From the human T2T-CHM13v2.0 reference genome, Homo sapiens: a stretch of DNA of 64,000 nt. Under the pieces are notes generated by a model. It ran no database searches, was not told where the DNA came from, and was given only the letters and a program-made list of their open reading frames with translations. Where the stretch lies: the NCBI RefSeq assembly GCF_009914755.1, contig NC_060928.1. One strand, written 5' to 3'. This document shows positions 29,771 to 45,500 of the stretch, in pieces. Position 1 is the stretch's first letter. Each line of letters opens with the position of its first letter. A program made the translations under genes and the position numbers.

Positions 29771-32700
29771 TTTGATATTTTATGTACTGTATAAAATATA
29801 TAGTTTTGGTAGTTTGATGTTTTATGTACAGTATATATTTTGAGTACTTTGATATTTTATGTACAGTTTATTATAAATGTTTTGGTACTTTCATATTTTA
29901 CGTACAGTATATAATACATACTTTGGGCACTTTGATGTTTTATGTACAGTATATAATACATACTTTGGGTTCTTTGATATTTTATGTACAGCATATAATA
30001 CATAATTTGGGGACCTTTATATTTTATATACATTATATTATACATACTTTGGGTACTTTTATTTTTTATGTACGGTATATAATACATACTTTGGGTACTT
30101 TGATATATTATGTACAGTATATAATACATACTTTGGGTACTTTGATATATTATGTACAGTATATAATACATACTAAGGGTACTTTGACATTTTATGTACA
30201 GTACATAATACATACTTTGGGTTCTTTGATATTTTATGTACAGTATATAATGCATACTTTGGATACTTTGATATTTTATGTACAGTATATAATACATACT
30301 TTGGGTACTTTGATATTTTATGTACAGTATGTAATATATAATTTGGGTACTTTAATATTTTATGTATAGTATATAATACATACTTTGGGTACTTTGATAT
30401 TTTATGGACAGTGTATAATACATACTTTGGGTACTTTGATATTTTATGTACAGTATATAATATATAGTTTGGGTACTTTGACATTTTATATACAGTATAT
30501 AATACATACTTTGCGTACTTTGATATTTTGTGTACAGTATATAATACATACTTTGGGTACTTTGATATTTTATGCACAGTATACAATATATAGTTTGAGT
30601 ACTTTGATATTTTATGTACTGTATAAAATATATAGTTTTGGTACTTTGATATTTTATGTACAGTATATAGTTTGAGTACTTTGATATTTTATGTACAGTT
30701 TGTTAAAAATGTTTGGGTGCTTTCATATTTTATGTACAGTATATAATACATACTTTGGGCACTTTGATATCTTATGTACAGTATATAATACATATTTTGG
30801 GTACTCTGATATTTTATGTACAGTGTATAATACATAATTTGTGTACTTTGATATTTTATGTACAGTATATAATACATACGTTGGGTACTTTGATATATTA
30901 TGTACAGTATATAATAAATACTTTGGGTACTTTGATATTTTATGTACAGTATATAATCCATAGTTTGTGTACTTTGATATTTTATGTACAGTATATAATA
31001 CATACTTTGGGTACTTTGATATTTTATGTACAGTATATAATACATACTTTGGGTACTTTCATGTTTTATGTACAGTATATAATATATAGTTTGGGTACTT
31101 TGATATTTTATGTACGGTATATAATACATACTTTGGGTACTTTGATATTTTATGTACAGTATATAATACATAATTTGGGTACTTTGATATTTTATGTACA
31201 GTATACAATATATAGTTTGAGTACTTTGATATTTTATGTGCAGTATAAAATATATAGTGTTGGTAGTTTGATGTTTTATGTACAGTATATATTTTGAGTA
31301 CTTTGATATTTTATGTACGGTATATAATACATACTTTGGGAACTTTGATATTTTATGTACAGTATGTAAAACATACTTTGGGTACTTTGATATTTTATGT
31401 ACAGGATATAATGCATACTTTGGGTACTTTGATAGTTTATGTACAGTATATAATACATACTTTGGGTACTTTGATATTTTATGTATAGTATAAAATATAT
31501 AGTTTGGGTAGTTTGATATTTTATGTACAGTATGTAAAAGATACTTTGGGGAGTTTGATATTATATGTACAGTATGTAAAACATACTTTGGGGAGTTTGA
31601 TATTTTATGAACAGTATATAATACACATTTTGTGTACTTTGATATTTTATGTACAGTATATAATACAAACTTTGGGTTCTTTGATATTTTATGTACAGAA
31701 TATAATGCATAGTTTTAGGTACTTTTATATTTTATGTACAGTATATAATACATATTTTGGGTACTTTGATATTTTATGTACAGTATATAATACATACTTT
31801 GGGAACTTTGATATTTTATGTACAGTATGTAATACATACTTTGGGTACTTTGATATTTTATGTACAGTATATAATACATACTATTGGTACTTTGATATTT
31901 TATGTACAGTATACAATATGTAGTTTGAGTACTTTGATATTTTATGTCCAGTATAAAATATATAGATTTCATACTTTGATATTTTTGTACTGAATGTAGT
32001 TTGAGTACTTTGATATTTTATGTACACTTTATTATAAAAGTTTGGGTACTTTGATATTTTACGTACAGTATATAATACATACTTTGGGCACTTTGATGTT
32101 TTATGTACAGTATATAATACATACTTTGGGTTCTTTGATATTTTATGTACAGCATATAATACATAATTTGGGGACTTTTATATTTTATGTACATTATATT
32201 ATACATACTTTGGGTACTTTTATATTTTATGTACGGTATATAATACACACTTTGGGTACTTTCATATTTTATGTACAGTATATAATACATACTTTGGGTA
32301 CTCTGATATTTTATGTACAGTATAAAGTATATAGTTTGAGTACTTTGATATTTTATGTACTGTATAAAATATATAGTTTTCGTACTTTGATATTTTATGT
32401 ACAGTATATAGTTTGAGTACTTTGATATTTTATGTACCGTTTTTTATAAATGTTTGGGTGCTTTCATATTTTATGTACAGTATATAATACATAAAAAGGG
32501 CACTTTGATATTTTATGTACAGTATATAATACATACTTTGGGTACTCTGATATTTTATGTACAGTGTATAATACATACTTTGGGTAGTTTGATATTTTAT
32601 ATACAATATATAATACATACGTTGGGAACTTTGATATATTATGTACAGTATATAATACATGCTTTGGGTACTTTGATATTTTATCTACAGTATACAACAC

Positions 32701-35329
32701 ATAGTTTGTGTACTTTGATATTTTATGTACAGTATATAATACATACTTTGGGTACTTTGATATTTTATGTACAGTATATAATACATACTTTGGGTACTTT
32801 CATATTTTATGTACAGTATATAATGCATAGTTTGGTTACTTTGATATTTTATCTACAGCTTATAATACATACTTTGGATAGTTTGATACTTTATGTACAG
32901 TATATAATACATACTTTGGGTACTTTGATATTTTATGTACAGTATACAATATATAGTTTGAGTACTTTGATATTTTATGTGCAGTATAAAATATATAGTT
33001 TTGGTACTTTCATATTTTATGTACAGTATATAGTTTGAGTACTTTGATATTTTATGTACAGTTTTTTATAAATGTTTGGGTGCTTTCATATTTTATGTAC
33101 AGTATATAATACATACTAAGGGCACTTTGATATTTTATGTACAGTATATAATACATACTTTGGGTACTTTGATATTTTATGTACGTCATATAATATATAG
33201 TTTGGTTACTTTGATATTTTATGTACAGAATATAATACATACCTTGGGTACTTTGATATTTTATGTACAGTATATAATATATAGTTTGGGTATTTTGATA
33301 TTTTATGTACAGTATATAATACATACTTTGGGTACTTTGATATTTTATGTACAGTATATAATACATACTTTGGGAACTTTGATATTTTATGTACAGTATG
33401 TAAAACATACTTTGGGTACTTTGATATTTTATGTACAGTATATAATACATACTTTGGGTACTTTGATATTTAATGTACAGTATATAATACACACTTTGCG
33501 TACTTTGATATTTTATGTAAAGTATGTAATACATACTTTGGGTACTTTGATATTTTATGTACAGTATGTAATACACGCTTTGGGTACTTTGATATTTTAT
33601 GTAGAGTATGTAAAACATACTTTGGGTAGTTTGGTATTTTATGATCAGTATATAATACATATTTTGGGTACTTTGATATTTTATGTACAGTATATAATAC
33701 CTACTTTGGGTACTTTGATATTTTATGTACAGTATATAATGCATAATTTGGGTACTTCAATAGTTTATGCACAGTATATAATACATACTTTGGGTAATTT
33801 GATATTTTATGTACAGTATATAATGCATACTTTGGGTACTTTGATAGTTTATGTACAGTATACAATACATACTTTGGGTACTTTGATATTTTATGTACAG
33901 TATATAATATGTAGTTTGGGTACTTTGATATTTTAACTACAGTATATAATACATACTTTGGGTACTTGGATATTTTATCTACAGTATATAATAGATACTT
34001 TGGGTACTTTGATATATTATGTACAGTATATAATACATAGTTTGGTTACTTTGATATTTTTTGTACAGTATGTAAAACATACTTTGGGGAGTTTGATATT
34101 TTATGAACAGTATATAATACACATTTTGGGTACTTTGATATTTTATGTACGGTATATAATACATACTTTGGGTACTTTGATATTTTATGTACAGTATATA
34201 ATTCATACTTTGGGTACTTTGATATTTTATGTACAGTATATAATACATACATTGGGTACTTCGATATTTTATGTGCAGTACCCTATATATAGTTTGGGTA
34301 CTTTGATATTTTATGTCCAGTATAAAATAAATAGTTTTGGTACTTTGATATTTTATATACAGTATATAGTTTGAGTACTTTGATATTTAATGTTCAGTTT
34401 ATTATAAATCTTTGGGTGCTTTCATATTTTATATACAGTATATAATACATACTTTGGGCACTTTGATATTTTCTGTACAGTATATAATACATACTTTGGG
34501 TACTTTGATATTTTATGTACGGTATATAATACATACATTGGGTACTTTGATATTTTATGTACAGTATATAATATATAGTTTGGTTACTTTGATATTTTAT
34601 ATACAGTATATAATATATATTATGTGTACTTTGATATATTATGTACAGTATATAATATATAGTATGGGTTGTTTGATATTTTATGTACAGTATATAATAT
34701 ATAGTTTGGGTAGTTTGATATTTTTAGTACAGTATGTAATATATAGTTTGTTTTATTTGATATTTTATGTACAGTATACAATATATAGTATTGGTACTTT
34801 GATATTTCATGTAAAGTATATAGTTTGAGTACTTTGATATTTTATATGCAGTTTATTATAAATGTTTGGGTACCTTCATATTTTATGTACAGTATATAAT
34901 ACATACTTTGGGAACTTTTATTTTATGTGCAGTATATAATACATACTTTGGGTACTTTGATATTTCATGTACAGTATATAATACACACTTTGGGTACTTT
35001 GATATTTTATGTACAGTATATAATACACAGTTTGGGTAGTTTGATATTTTATGTACAGTATATAATACATACTTTGGGTACTTTGATGTATTATGTACAG
35101 TATATAATACATACTTTGGGTACTTTGATATTTTATGTACAGTATATAATACATACTTTGGGTACTTTGATATTTTATGTACAGTATGTAATACACACTT
35201 TGGGTACTTTGATATTTTATGTACAGTATGTAAAACATACTTTGGGTAGTTTGATATATTATGTACAGTATATAATACATACTTTGGGTACTCTGATATT
35301 TTATGTACAGTGTATAATACATACTTTGG

Positions 35330-36560
35330 GTACTTTGATATTTTATGTACAGTATATATTACATACTTTGGGTACTTTGATATTTTATGTACAGTATACA
35401 ATATATAGTTTGAGTACTTTGATATTTTATGTACTGTATAAAATATATAGTTTTGGTACTTTGATATTTTATGTACAGTATATAGTTTGAGTACTTTGAT
35501 ATTTTATGTACAGTTTGTTATAAATATTTTGGTGCTTTCATATTTTATGTACTGTATATAATACATGCTTTGGGCACTTTGATATTTTATGTACAGTATA
35601 TAATACATACTTTGGGTACTCTGATATTTTATGTACAGTGTATAATACATACTTTGGGTACTTTGATATTTTATGTACAGTATATAATACATACATTGGG
35701 TACTTTGATATATTATGTACAGTATATAATACTTACTTGGGGTACTTTGATATTTTATGTACAGTATATAATACATAGTTTGTGTACTTTGATATTTTAT
35801 GTACAGTATGTAGTACACACTTTGGGTACTTTGATATTTTATGTACAGTATATAATACATACTTTGGGTATCTTGATATTTTATGTACAGTATATAATGC
35901 ATACTTTGCGTCCTTTGATATTTTATGTACAGTATATAATGCATACTTTGGGTACTTTGATATTTCATGTACAGTATGTAATACATACTTTGGGTACTTT
36001 GATATTTTATGTATAGTATATAATACATACTTTGTGTAGTTTGATATTTTATGTACAGTATACAATATATAGTTTGAGTACTTTGTTATTTTATGTGCAG
36101 TATAAAATATATAGTTTTCGTAATTGATCTTTTATGTACAGAATATAGTTTGAGTACTTTGATATTTTATGTACACTTTATTATAAATGTTTGGGTCCTT
36201 TCATATTTTATGTACAGTATATAATACATACTTTGGTCTCTTTGATGTTTTATGTACAGTATATAATACATAATTTGGGTTCTTTGATATTTTATGTACA
36301 GAATATAATGCATAGTTTTAGGTACTTTTATATTTTATGTACAGTCTATAATACATACTTTGGGTACTTTGATATTTTATGTACAGTATATAATACATAC
36401 TTTGGGAACTTTGATATTTTATGTACAGTATGTAATACATACTTTGGGTACTTTGATATTTTATGTACAGTATATAATACATACTATTGGTACTTTGATA
36501 TTTTATGTACAGTATACAATATATAGTTTGAGGACTTTGATATTTTATGTCCAGTATAAA
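35330..36560 (+). repeat. Approximately 1.2-kb segment duplicated at about 53700-54930 (offset 18371)
   Basis: ORF pairs 35570/53941 and 36191/54562. The rare variant TTTGCGTCCTTTG was seen only in these two places. Confidence 0.8.
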
Positions 36561-39500
36561 ATATATAGATTTCATACTTTGATATTTTATGTACTGAATG
36601 TAGTTTGAGTACTTTGATATTTTATGTACACTTTATTATAAAAGTTTGGGTACTTTCATATTTTACGTACAGTATATAATACATACTTTGGGCACTTTGA
36701 TGTTTTATGTACAGTATATAATACATACTTTGGGTTCTTTGATAATTTATGTACAGCATATAATACATAATTTGGGGACTTTTATATTTTATGTACATTA
36801 TATTATACATACTTTGGGTACTTTTATATTTTATGTACGGTATATAATACACACTTTGGGTACTTTGATATATTATGTACAGTATATAATACATACTTTG
36901 GGTACTTTGATATATTATGTACAGTATATAATACATACTAAGGGTACTTTGACATTTTATGTACAGTACATAATACATACTTTGGGTACTTTGATATTTT
37001 ATGTACAGTATATAATGCATACTTTGAATACTTTGATATTTTATGTACAGTATATAATACATACTTTGGGTACTTTTATATTTTATGTACAGTATATAAT
37101 ATATAGTTTGGGTACTTTGATATTTTATGTACGGTATATAATACATACTTTGGGTACTTTGATATTTTATGTACAGTATATAATACATACTTTGGGTACT
37201 CTGATATTTTATGTACCGTATACAATATATAGTTTGAGTACTTTGATATTTTATGTACTGTATAAAATATATAGTTTTCGTACTTTGATATTTTATGTAC
37301 AGTATATAGTTTGAGTACTTTGATATTTTATGTACAGTTTTTTATAAATGTTTGGGTGCTTTCATATTTTATGTACAGTATATAATACATACAAAGGGCA
37401 CTTTGTTATTTTATGTACAGTATATAATACATACTTTGGGTACTCTGATATTTTATGTACAGTGTATAATACATACTTTGGGTACTTTGATATTTTATGT
37501 ACAATATATAATACATACGTTGGGAACTTTGATATATTATGTACAGTATATAATACATACTTTGGGTACTTTGATATTTTATCTACAGTATACAACACAT
37601 AGTTTGTGTACTTTGATATTTTATGTACAGTATATAATACATACTTTGGGTACTTTGATATTTTATGTACAGTATATAATACATACTTTGGGTACTTTCA
37701 TATTTTATGTACAGTATATAATACATAGTTTGGTTACTTTGATATTTTATCTACAGCTTATAATACATACTTTGGATACTTTGATACTTTATGTACAGTA
37801 TATAATACATACTTTGGGTACTTTGATATTTTATGTACAGTATACAATATATAGTTTGAGTACTTTGATATTTTATGTGCAGTATAAAATATATAGTTTT
37901 GGTACTTTCATATTTTATGTACAGTATATAGTTTGAGTACTTTGATATTTTATGGACAGTTTTTTATAAATGTTTGGGTGCTTTCATATTTTAAGTACAG
38001 TATATAATACATACTAAGGGCACTTTGATATTTTATGTACAGTATATAATACATACTTTGGGTACTTTGATATTTTATGTACATCATATAATATATAGTT
38101 TGGGTACTTTGATATTTTATGTACAGTATATAATACATACCTTGGGTACTTTGATATTTTATGTACAGTACATAATATATAGTTTGGGTATTTTTATATT
38201 TTATGTACAGTATATAATACATACTTTGGGTACTTTGATATTTTATGTACAGTATATAATACATACTTTGGGAACTTTGATATTTTATGTACAGTATGTA
38301 AAACATACTTTGGGTACTTTGATATTTTATGTACAGTATATAATACATACTATTGGTACTTTGATATTTTATGTACATTATACAATATATAGTTTGAGTA
38401 CTTTGATATTTTATGTCCAGTATAAAATATATAGATTTCGTACATTGATATTTTATGTACAGAATATAGTTTGAGTACTTTCATATTTTATGTACACTTT
38501 ATTATAAAAGTTTGGGTACTTTCATATTTTACGTACAGTATATAATACATACTTTGGGCACTTTGATGTTTTATGTACAGTATATAATACATACTTTAGG
38601 TTCTTTTATATTTTATGTACAGCATATAATACAAAATTTGGGGACTTTTATATTTTATGTACATTATATAATACATACTTTGGGTACTTTTATATTTTAT
38701 GTACGGTATATAATACATACTTTGGGTACTTTGATATATTATGTACAGTATATAATACATACTTTGGGCACTTTGATGTTTTATGTACAGTATATAATAC
38801 ATACTTTGGGTTCTTTGATATGTTATGTACAGCATATAGTACATAATTTGGGGACTTTTATATTTTATGTACATTATATAATACATACTTTGGGTACTTT
38901 TATATTTTATGTACAGTATATAATACATACTTTGGGTACTTTGATATATTATGTACAGTATATAATACATACTTAGGGTAGTTTGACATTTTATGTACAG
39001 TACATAATACATACTTTGGGTACTTTGATATTTTATGTACAGTATATAATACATACTTTGGGTACTTTGATATTTTATGTACAGTATATAATACATGTTT
39101 TGGGTACTTTTATATTTTATGTACAGTATATAATATATAGTTTGGGTACTTTGATATTTTATGTACGGTATATAATACATACTTTGGGTACTTTGATATT
39201 TTATGTACAGTATATAATACATACTTTGGGTACTTTGATAATTTATGTACAGTATATAATACATACTTTGGGTACTTTGATATTTAATGTACAGTATATA
39301 ATACACACTTTGCGTACTTTGATATTTTATGTAAAGTATGTAATTCATACTTTGGGTACTTTGATATTTTATGTACAGTATGTAATACACGCTTTGGGTA
39401 CTTTGATATTTTATGTAGAGTATGTAAAACATACTTTGGGTAGTTTGGTATTTTATGATCAGTATATAATACATATTTTGGGTACTTTGATATTTTATGT

Positions 39501-42500
39501 ACAGTATATAATACATACTTTGGGTACTTTGATATTTTATGTACAGTATATAATGCATAATTTGGGTACTTCAATAGTTTATGCACAGTATATAATACAT
39601 ACTTTGGGTAATTTGATATTTTATGTACAGTATATAATGCATACTTTGGGTACTTTGATAGTTTATGTACAGTATACAATACATACTTTGGGTACTTTGA
39701 TATTTTATGTACAGTATATAATATGTAGTTTGGGTACTTTGATATTTTAACTACAGTATATAATACATACTTTGGGTACTTTGATATTTTATCTACAGTA
39801 TATAATAGATACTTTGGGTACTTTGATATATTATGTACAGTATATAATACATAGTTTGGTTACTTTGATATTTTTTGTACAGTATGTAAAACATACTTTG
39901 GGGAGTTTGATATTTTATGAACAGTATATAATACACATTTTGGGTACTTTGATATTTTATGTACGGTATATAATACATACTTTGGGTACTTTGATATTTT
40001 ATGTACAGTATATAATTCATACTTTGGGTACTTTGATATTTTATGTACAGTATATAATACATACATTGGGTACTTCGATATTTTATGTGCAGTACCCTAT
40101 ATATAGTTTGGGTACTTTGATATTTTATGTCCAGTATAAAATAAATAGTTTTGGTACTTTGATATTTTATGTACAGTATATAGTTTGAGTACTTTGATAT
40201 TTAATGTTCAGTTTATTATAAATGTTTGGGTGCTTTCATATTTTATATACAGTATATAATACATACTTTGGGCACTTTGATATTTTCTGTACAGTATATA
40301 ATACATACTTTGGGTACTTTGATATTTTATGTATGGTATATAATACATACATTGGGTACTTTGATATTTTATGTACAGTATATAATATATAGTTTGGTTA
40401 CTTTGATATTTTATATACAGTATATAATATATATTATGTGTACTTTGATATATTATGTACAGTATATAATATATACTATGGGTTGTTTGATATTTTATGT
40501 ACAGTATATAATATATAGTTTGGGTAGTTTGATATTTTTAGTACAGTATGTAATATATAGTTTGTTTTATTTGATATTTTATATACAGTATACAATATAT
40601 AGTATTGGTACTTTGATATTTCATGTAAAGTATATAGTTTGAGTACTTTGATATTTTATATGCAGTTTATTATAAATGTTTGGGTACCTTCATATTTTAT
40701 GTACAGTATATAATACATACTTTGGGAACTTTTATTTTATGTGCAGTATATAATACATACTTTGGGTACTTTGATATTTCATGTACAGTATATAATACAC
40801 ACTTTGGGTACTTTGATATTTTATGTACAGTATATAATACATACTTTGGGTACTTTGATGTATTATGTACAGTATATAATACATACTTTGGGTACTTTGA
40901 TATTTTATGTACAGTATATAATACATACTTTGGGTACTTTGATATTTTATGTACAGTATGTAATACACACTTTGGGTACTTTGATATTTTATGTACAGTA
41001 TGTAAAACATACTTTGGGTAGTTTGATATATTATGTACAGTATATAATACATACTTTGGGTACTCTGATATTTTATGTACAGTGTATAATACATACTTTG
41101 GGTACTTTGATATTTTATGTACAGTATATAATACATACATTGGGTACTTTGATATATTATGTACAGTATATAATACTTACTTGGGGTATCTTGATATTTT
41201 ATGTACAGTATATAATGCATACTTTGGGTACTTTGATATTTTATGTACAGTATATAATGCATACTTTGAGTACTTTGATATTTTATGTACAGTATGTAAT
41301 ACATACTTTGGGTACTTTGATATTTTATGTATAGTATATAATACATACTTTGTGTAGTTTGATATTTTATGTACAGTATACAATATATAGTTTGAGTACT
41401 TTGATATTTTATGTCCAGTATAAAATATATAGTTTTCCTAATTGATATTTTATGTACAGAATATAGTTTGAGTACTTTGATATTTTATGTACACTTTATT
41501 ATAAATGTTTGGGTACTTTCATATTTTATGTACAGTATATAATACATACTTTGGTCTCTTTGATGTTTTATGTACAGTATATAATACATACTTTGGGTTC
41601 TTTGATATTTTATGTGCAGAATATAATGCATAGTTTTAGGTACTTTTATATTTTATGTACAGTATATAATACATACTTTGGGTACTTTGATATTTTATGT
41701 ACAGTATATAATACATACTTTGGGTACTTTGATATTTTATGTACAGTATATAATACATATTATTGGTACTTTGATATTTTATGTACAGTATACAATATAT
41801 AGTTTGAGTACTTTGATATTTTATGTCCAGTATAAAATACATAGATTTCATACTTTGATATTTTATGTACAGAATATAGTTTGAGTACTTTGATATTTTA
41901 TGTACACTTTATCATAAAAGTTTGGGTACTTTCATATTTTACGTACAGTATTTAATACATACTTTGGGCACTTTGATGTTTTATGTACAGTATATAATAC
42001 ATACTTTGGGTTCTTTGATATGTTATGTACAGCATATAGTACATAATTTGGGGACTTTTATATTTTATGTACATTATATAATACATAATTTGGGGACTTT
42101 TATATTTTATGTACATTATATTATACATACTTTGGGTACTTTTATATTTTATGTACGGTATATAATACACACTTTGGGTACTTTGATATATTATGTACAG
42201 TATATAATACATACTTTGGGTACTTTGATATATTATGTACAGTATATAATACATACTAAGGGTACTTTGACATTTTATGTACAGTACATAATACATACTT
42301 TGGGTACTTTGATATTTTATGTACAGTATATAATGCATACTTTGGATACTATGATATTTTATGTACAGAATATAATACATACTTTGGGTACTTTTATATT
42401 TTATGTACAGTATATAATATATAGTTTGGGTACTTTGATATTTTATGTACGGTATATAATACATACTTTGGGTACTTTGATATTTTATGTACAGTATATA

Positions 42501-45500
42501 ATACATACTTTGGGTACTCTGATATTTTATGTACACTATACAATATATAGTTTGAATACTTTGATATTTTATGTACTGTATAAAATATATAGTTTTCGTA
42601 CTTTGATATTTTATGTACAATATATAGTTTGAGTACTTTGATATTTTATGTACAGTTTTTTATAAATGTTTCGGTGCTTTCATATTTTATGTACAGTATA
42701 TAATACATACAAAGGGCACTTTGATATTTTATGTACAGTATATAATACATACTTTGGGTACTCTGATATTTTATGTACAGTGTATAATACATACTTTGGG
42801 TACTTTGATATTTTATGTACAATATATAATACATACGTTGGGAACTTTGATATATTATGTACAGTATATAATACATACTTTGGGTACTTTGATATTTTAT
42901 CTACAGTATACAACACATAGTTTGTGTACTTTGATATTTTAGGTACAGTATATAATACATACTTTGGGTACTTTGATATTTTATGTACAGTATATAATAC
43001 ATACATTGGGTACTTTCATATTTTATGTACAGTATATAATATATAGTTTGGTTACTTTGATATTTCATCTACAGCTTATAATACATACTTTGGATACTTT
43101 GATACTTTATGTACTGTATATAATACATAATTTGGGTACTTTGTTATTTTATGTACAGTATACAATATATAGTTTGAGTACTTTGATATTTTATGTGCAG
43201 TATAAAATATATAGTTTTGGTACTTTCATATTTTATGTACAGTATATAGTTTGAGTACTTTGATATTTTATGTACAGTTTTTTATAAATGTTTGGGTGCT
43301 TTCATATTTTATGTACAGTATATAATACATACTAAGGGCACTTTGATATTTTATGTACAGTATATAATACATACCTTGGGTACTTTGATATTTTATGTAC
43401 AGTATATAATACATATTTTGGGTACTTTGATATTGTATGTACAGTATATAATACATACTTTGGGAACTTTGATATTTTATGTACAGTATGTAGAACATAC
43501 TTTGGGTACTTTGATATTTTATGTACAGGATATAATGCATACTTTGGGTACTTTGATAGTTTATGTACAGTATATAATACATACTTTGGGTACTTTGATA
43601 TTTTATGTATAGTATAAAATATATAGTTTGGGTACTTTGATATTTTATGTACAGTATGTAAAACATACTTTGGGGAGTTTGATATTTTATGTACAGTATG
43701 TAAAACATACTTTGGGGAGTTTGATATTTTATGAACAGTATATAATACACATTTTGTGTACTTTGATATTTTATGTAAAGTATATAATACATACTTTGGG
43801 TACTTTGATATTTTATGTACAGTATATATTACATACTTTGGGTACTTTGATATTTTATGTACAGTATACAATATATAGTTTGAGTACTTTGATATTTTAT
43901 GTACTGTATAAAATATATAGTTTTGGTACTTTGATATTTTATGTACAGTATATAGTTTGAGTACTTTGATATTTTATGTACAGTTTGTTATAAATATTTT
44001 GGTGCTTTCATATTTTATGTACTGTATATAATACATGCTTTGGGAACTTTGATATTTTATGTACAGTATATAATACATACTTTGGGTAATCTGATATTTT
44101 ATGTACAGTGTATAATATATACTTTGGGTACTTTGATATTTTATGTACACTATATAATACATACTATTGGTACTTTGATATTTTATGTACAGTATACAAT
44201 ATATAGTTTGAGAACTTTGATATTTTATGTCCAGTATAAAATATATAGATTTCGTACTTTGATATTTTATGTACAGAATATAGTTTGAGTACTTTGATAT
44301 TTTATGTACACTTTATTATAAAAGTTTGGGTACTTTCATATTTTACGTACAGTATATAATACATACTTTGGGCACTTTGATGTTTTATGCACAGTATATA
44401 ATACATACTTTGGGTACTTTTATATTTTATGTACAGTATATAATACATGTTTTGGGTACTTTTCTATTTTATGTACAGTATATAATGCATACTTTGGGTA
44501 CTTTGATAGTTTATGTACAGTATACAATACATACTTTGGGTACTTTGATATTTTTTGTACAGTATATAATATGTAGTTTGGGTACTTTGATATTTTAACT
44601 GCAGTATATAATACATACTTTGGGTACTTTGATATTTTATCTACAGTATATAATAGATACTTTGGGTACTTTGATATATTATGTACAGTATATAATACAT
44701 AGTTTGGTTACTTTGATATTTTTTGTACAGTATGTAAATCATACTTTGGGGAGTTTGATATTTTATGAACAGTATATAATACACATTTTGGGTACTTTGA
44801 TATTTTATGTACGGTATATTATACATACTTTGGGTACTTTGATATTTTATGTACAGTATATAATTCATACTTTGGGTACTTTGATATTTTATGTACAGTA
44901 TATAATACATACATTGGGTACTTCGATATTTTATGTGCAGTAACCTATGTATAGTTTGGGTACTTTGATATTTTATGTCCAGTATAAAATAAATAGTTTT
45001 GGTACTTTGATATTTTATGTACAGTATATAGTTTGAGTACTTTGATATTTAATGTTCAGTTTATTATAAATGTTTGGGTGCTTTCATATTTTATATACAG
45101 TATATAATACATACTTTGGGCACTTTGATATTTTCTGTACAGTATATAATACATACTTTGGGTACTTTGATATTTTATGTACGGTATATAATACATACAT
45201 TGGGTACTTTGATATTTTATGTACAGTATATAATATATAGTTTGGTTACTTTGATATTTTATATACAGTATATAATATATATTATCTGTACTTTGATAAA
45301 TTATGTACAGTATATAATATATAGTATGGGTTGTTTGATATTTTATGTACAGTATATAATATATAGTTTGGGTAGTTTGATATTTTTAGTACAGTATGTA
45401 ATATATAGTTTGTTTTATTTGATATTTTATGTACAGTATACAATATATAGTGTTGGTACTTTGATATTTCATGTAAAGTATATAATTTGAGTACTTTGAT

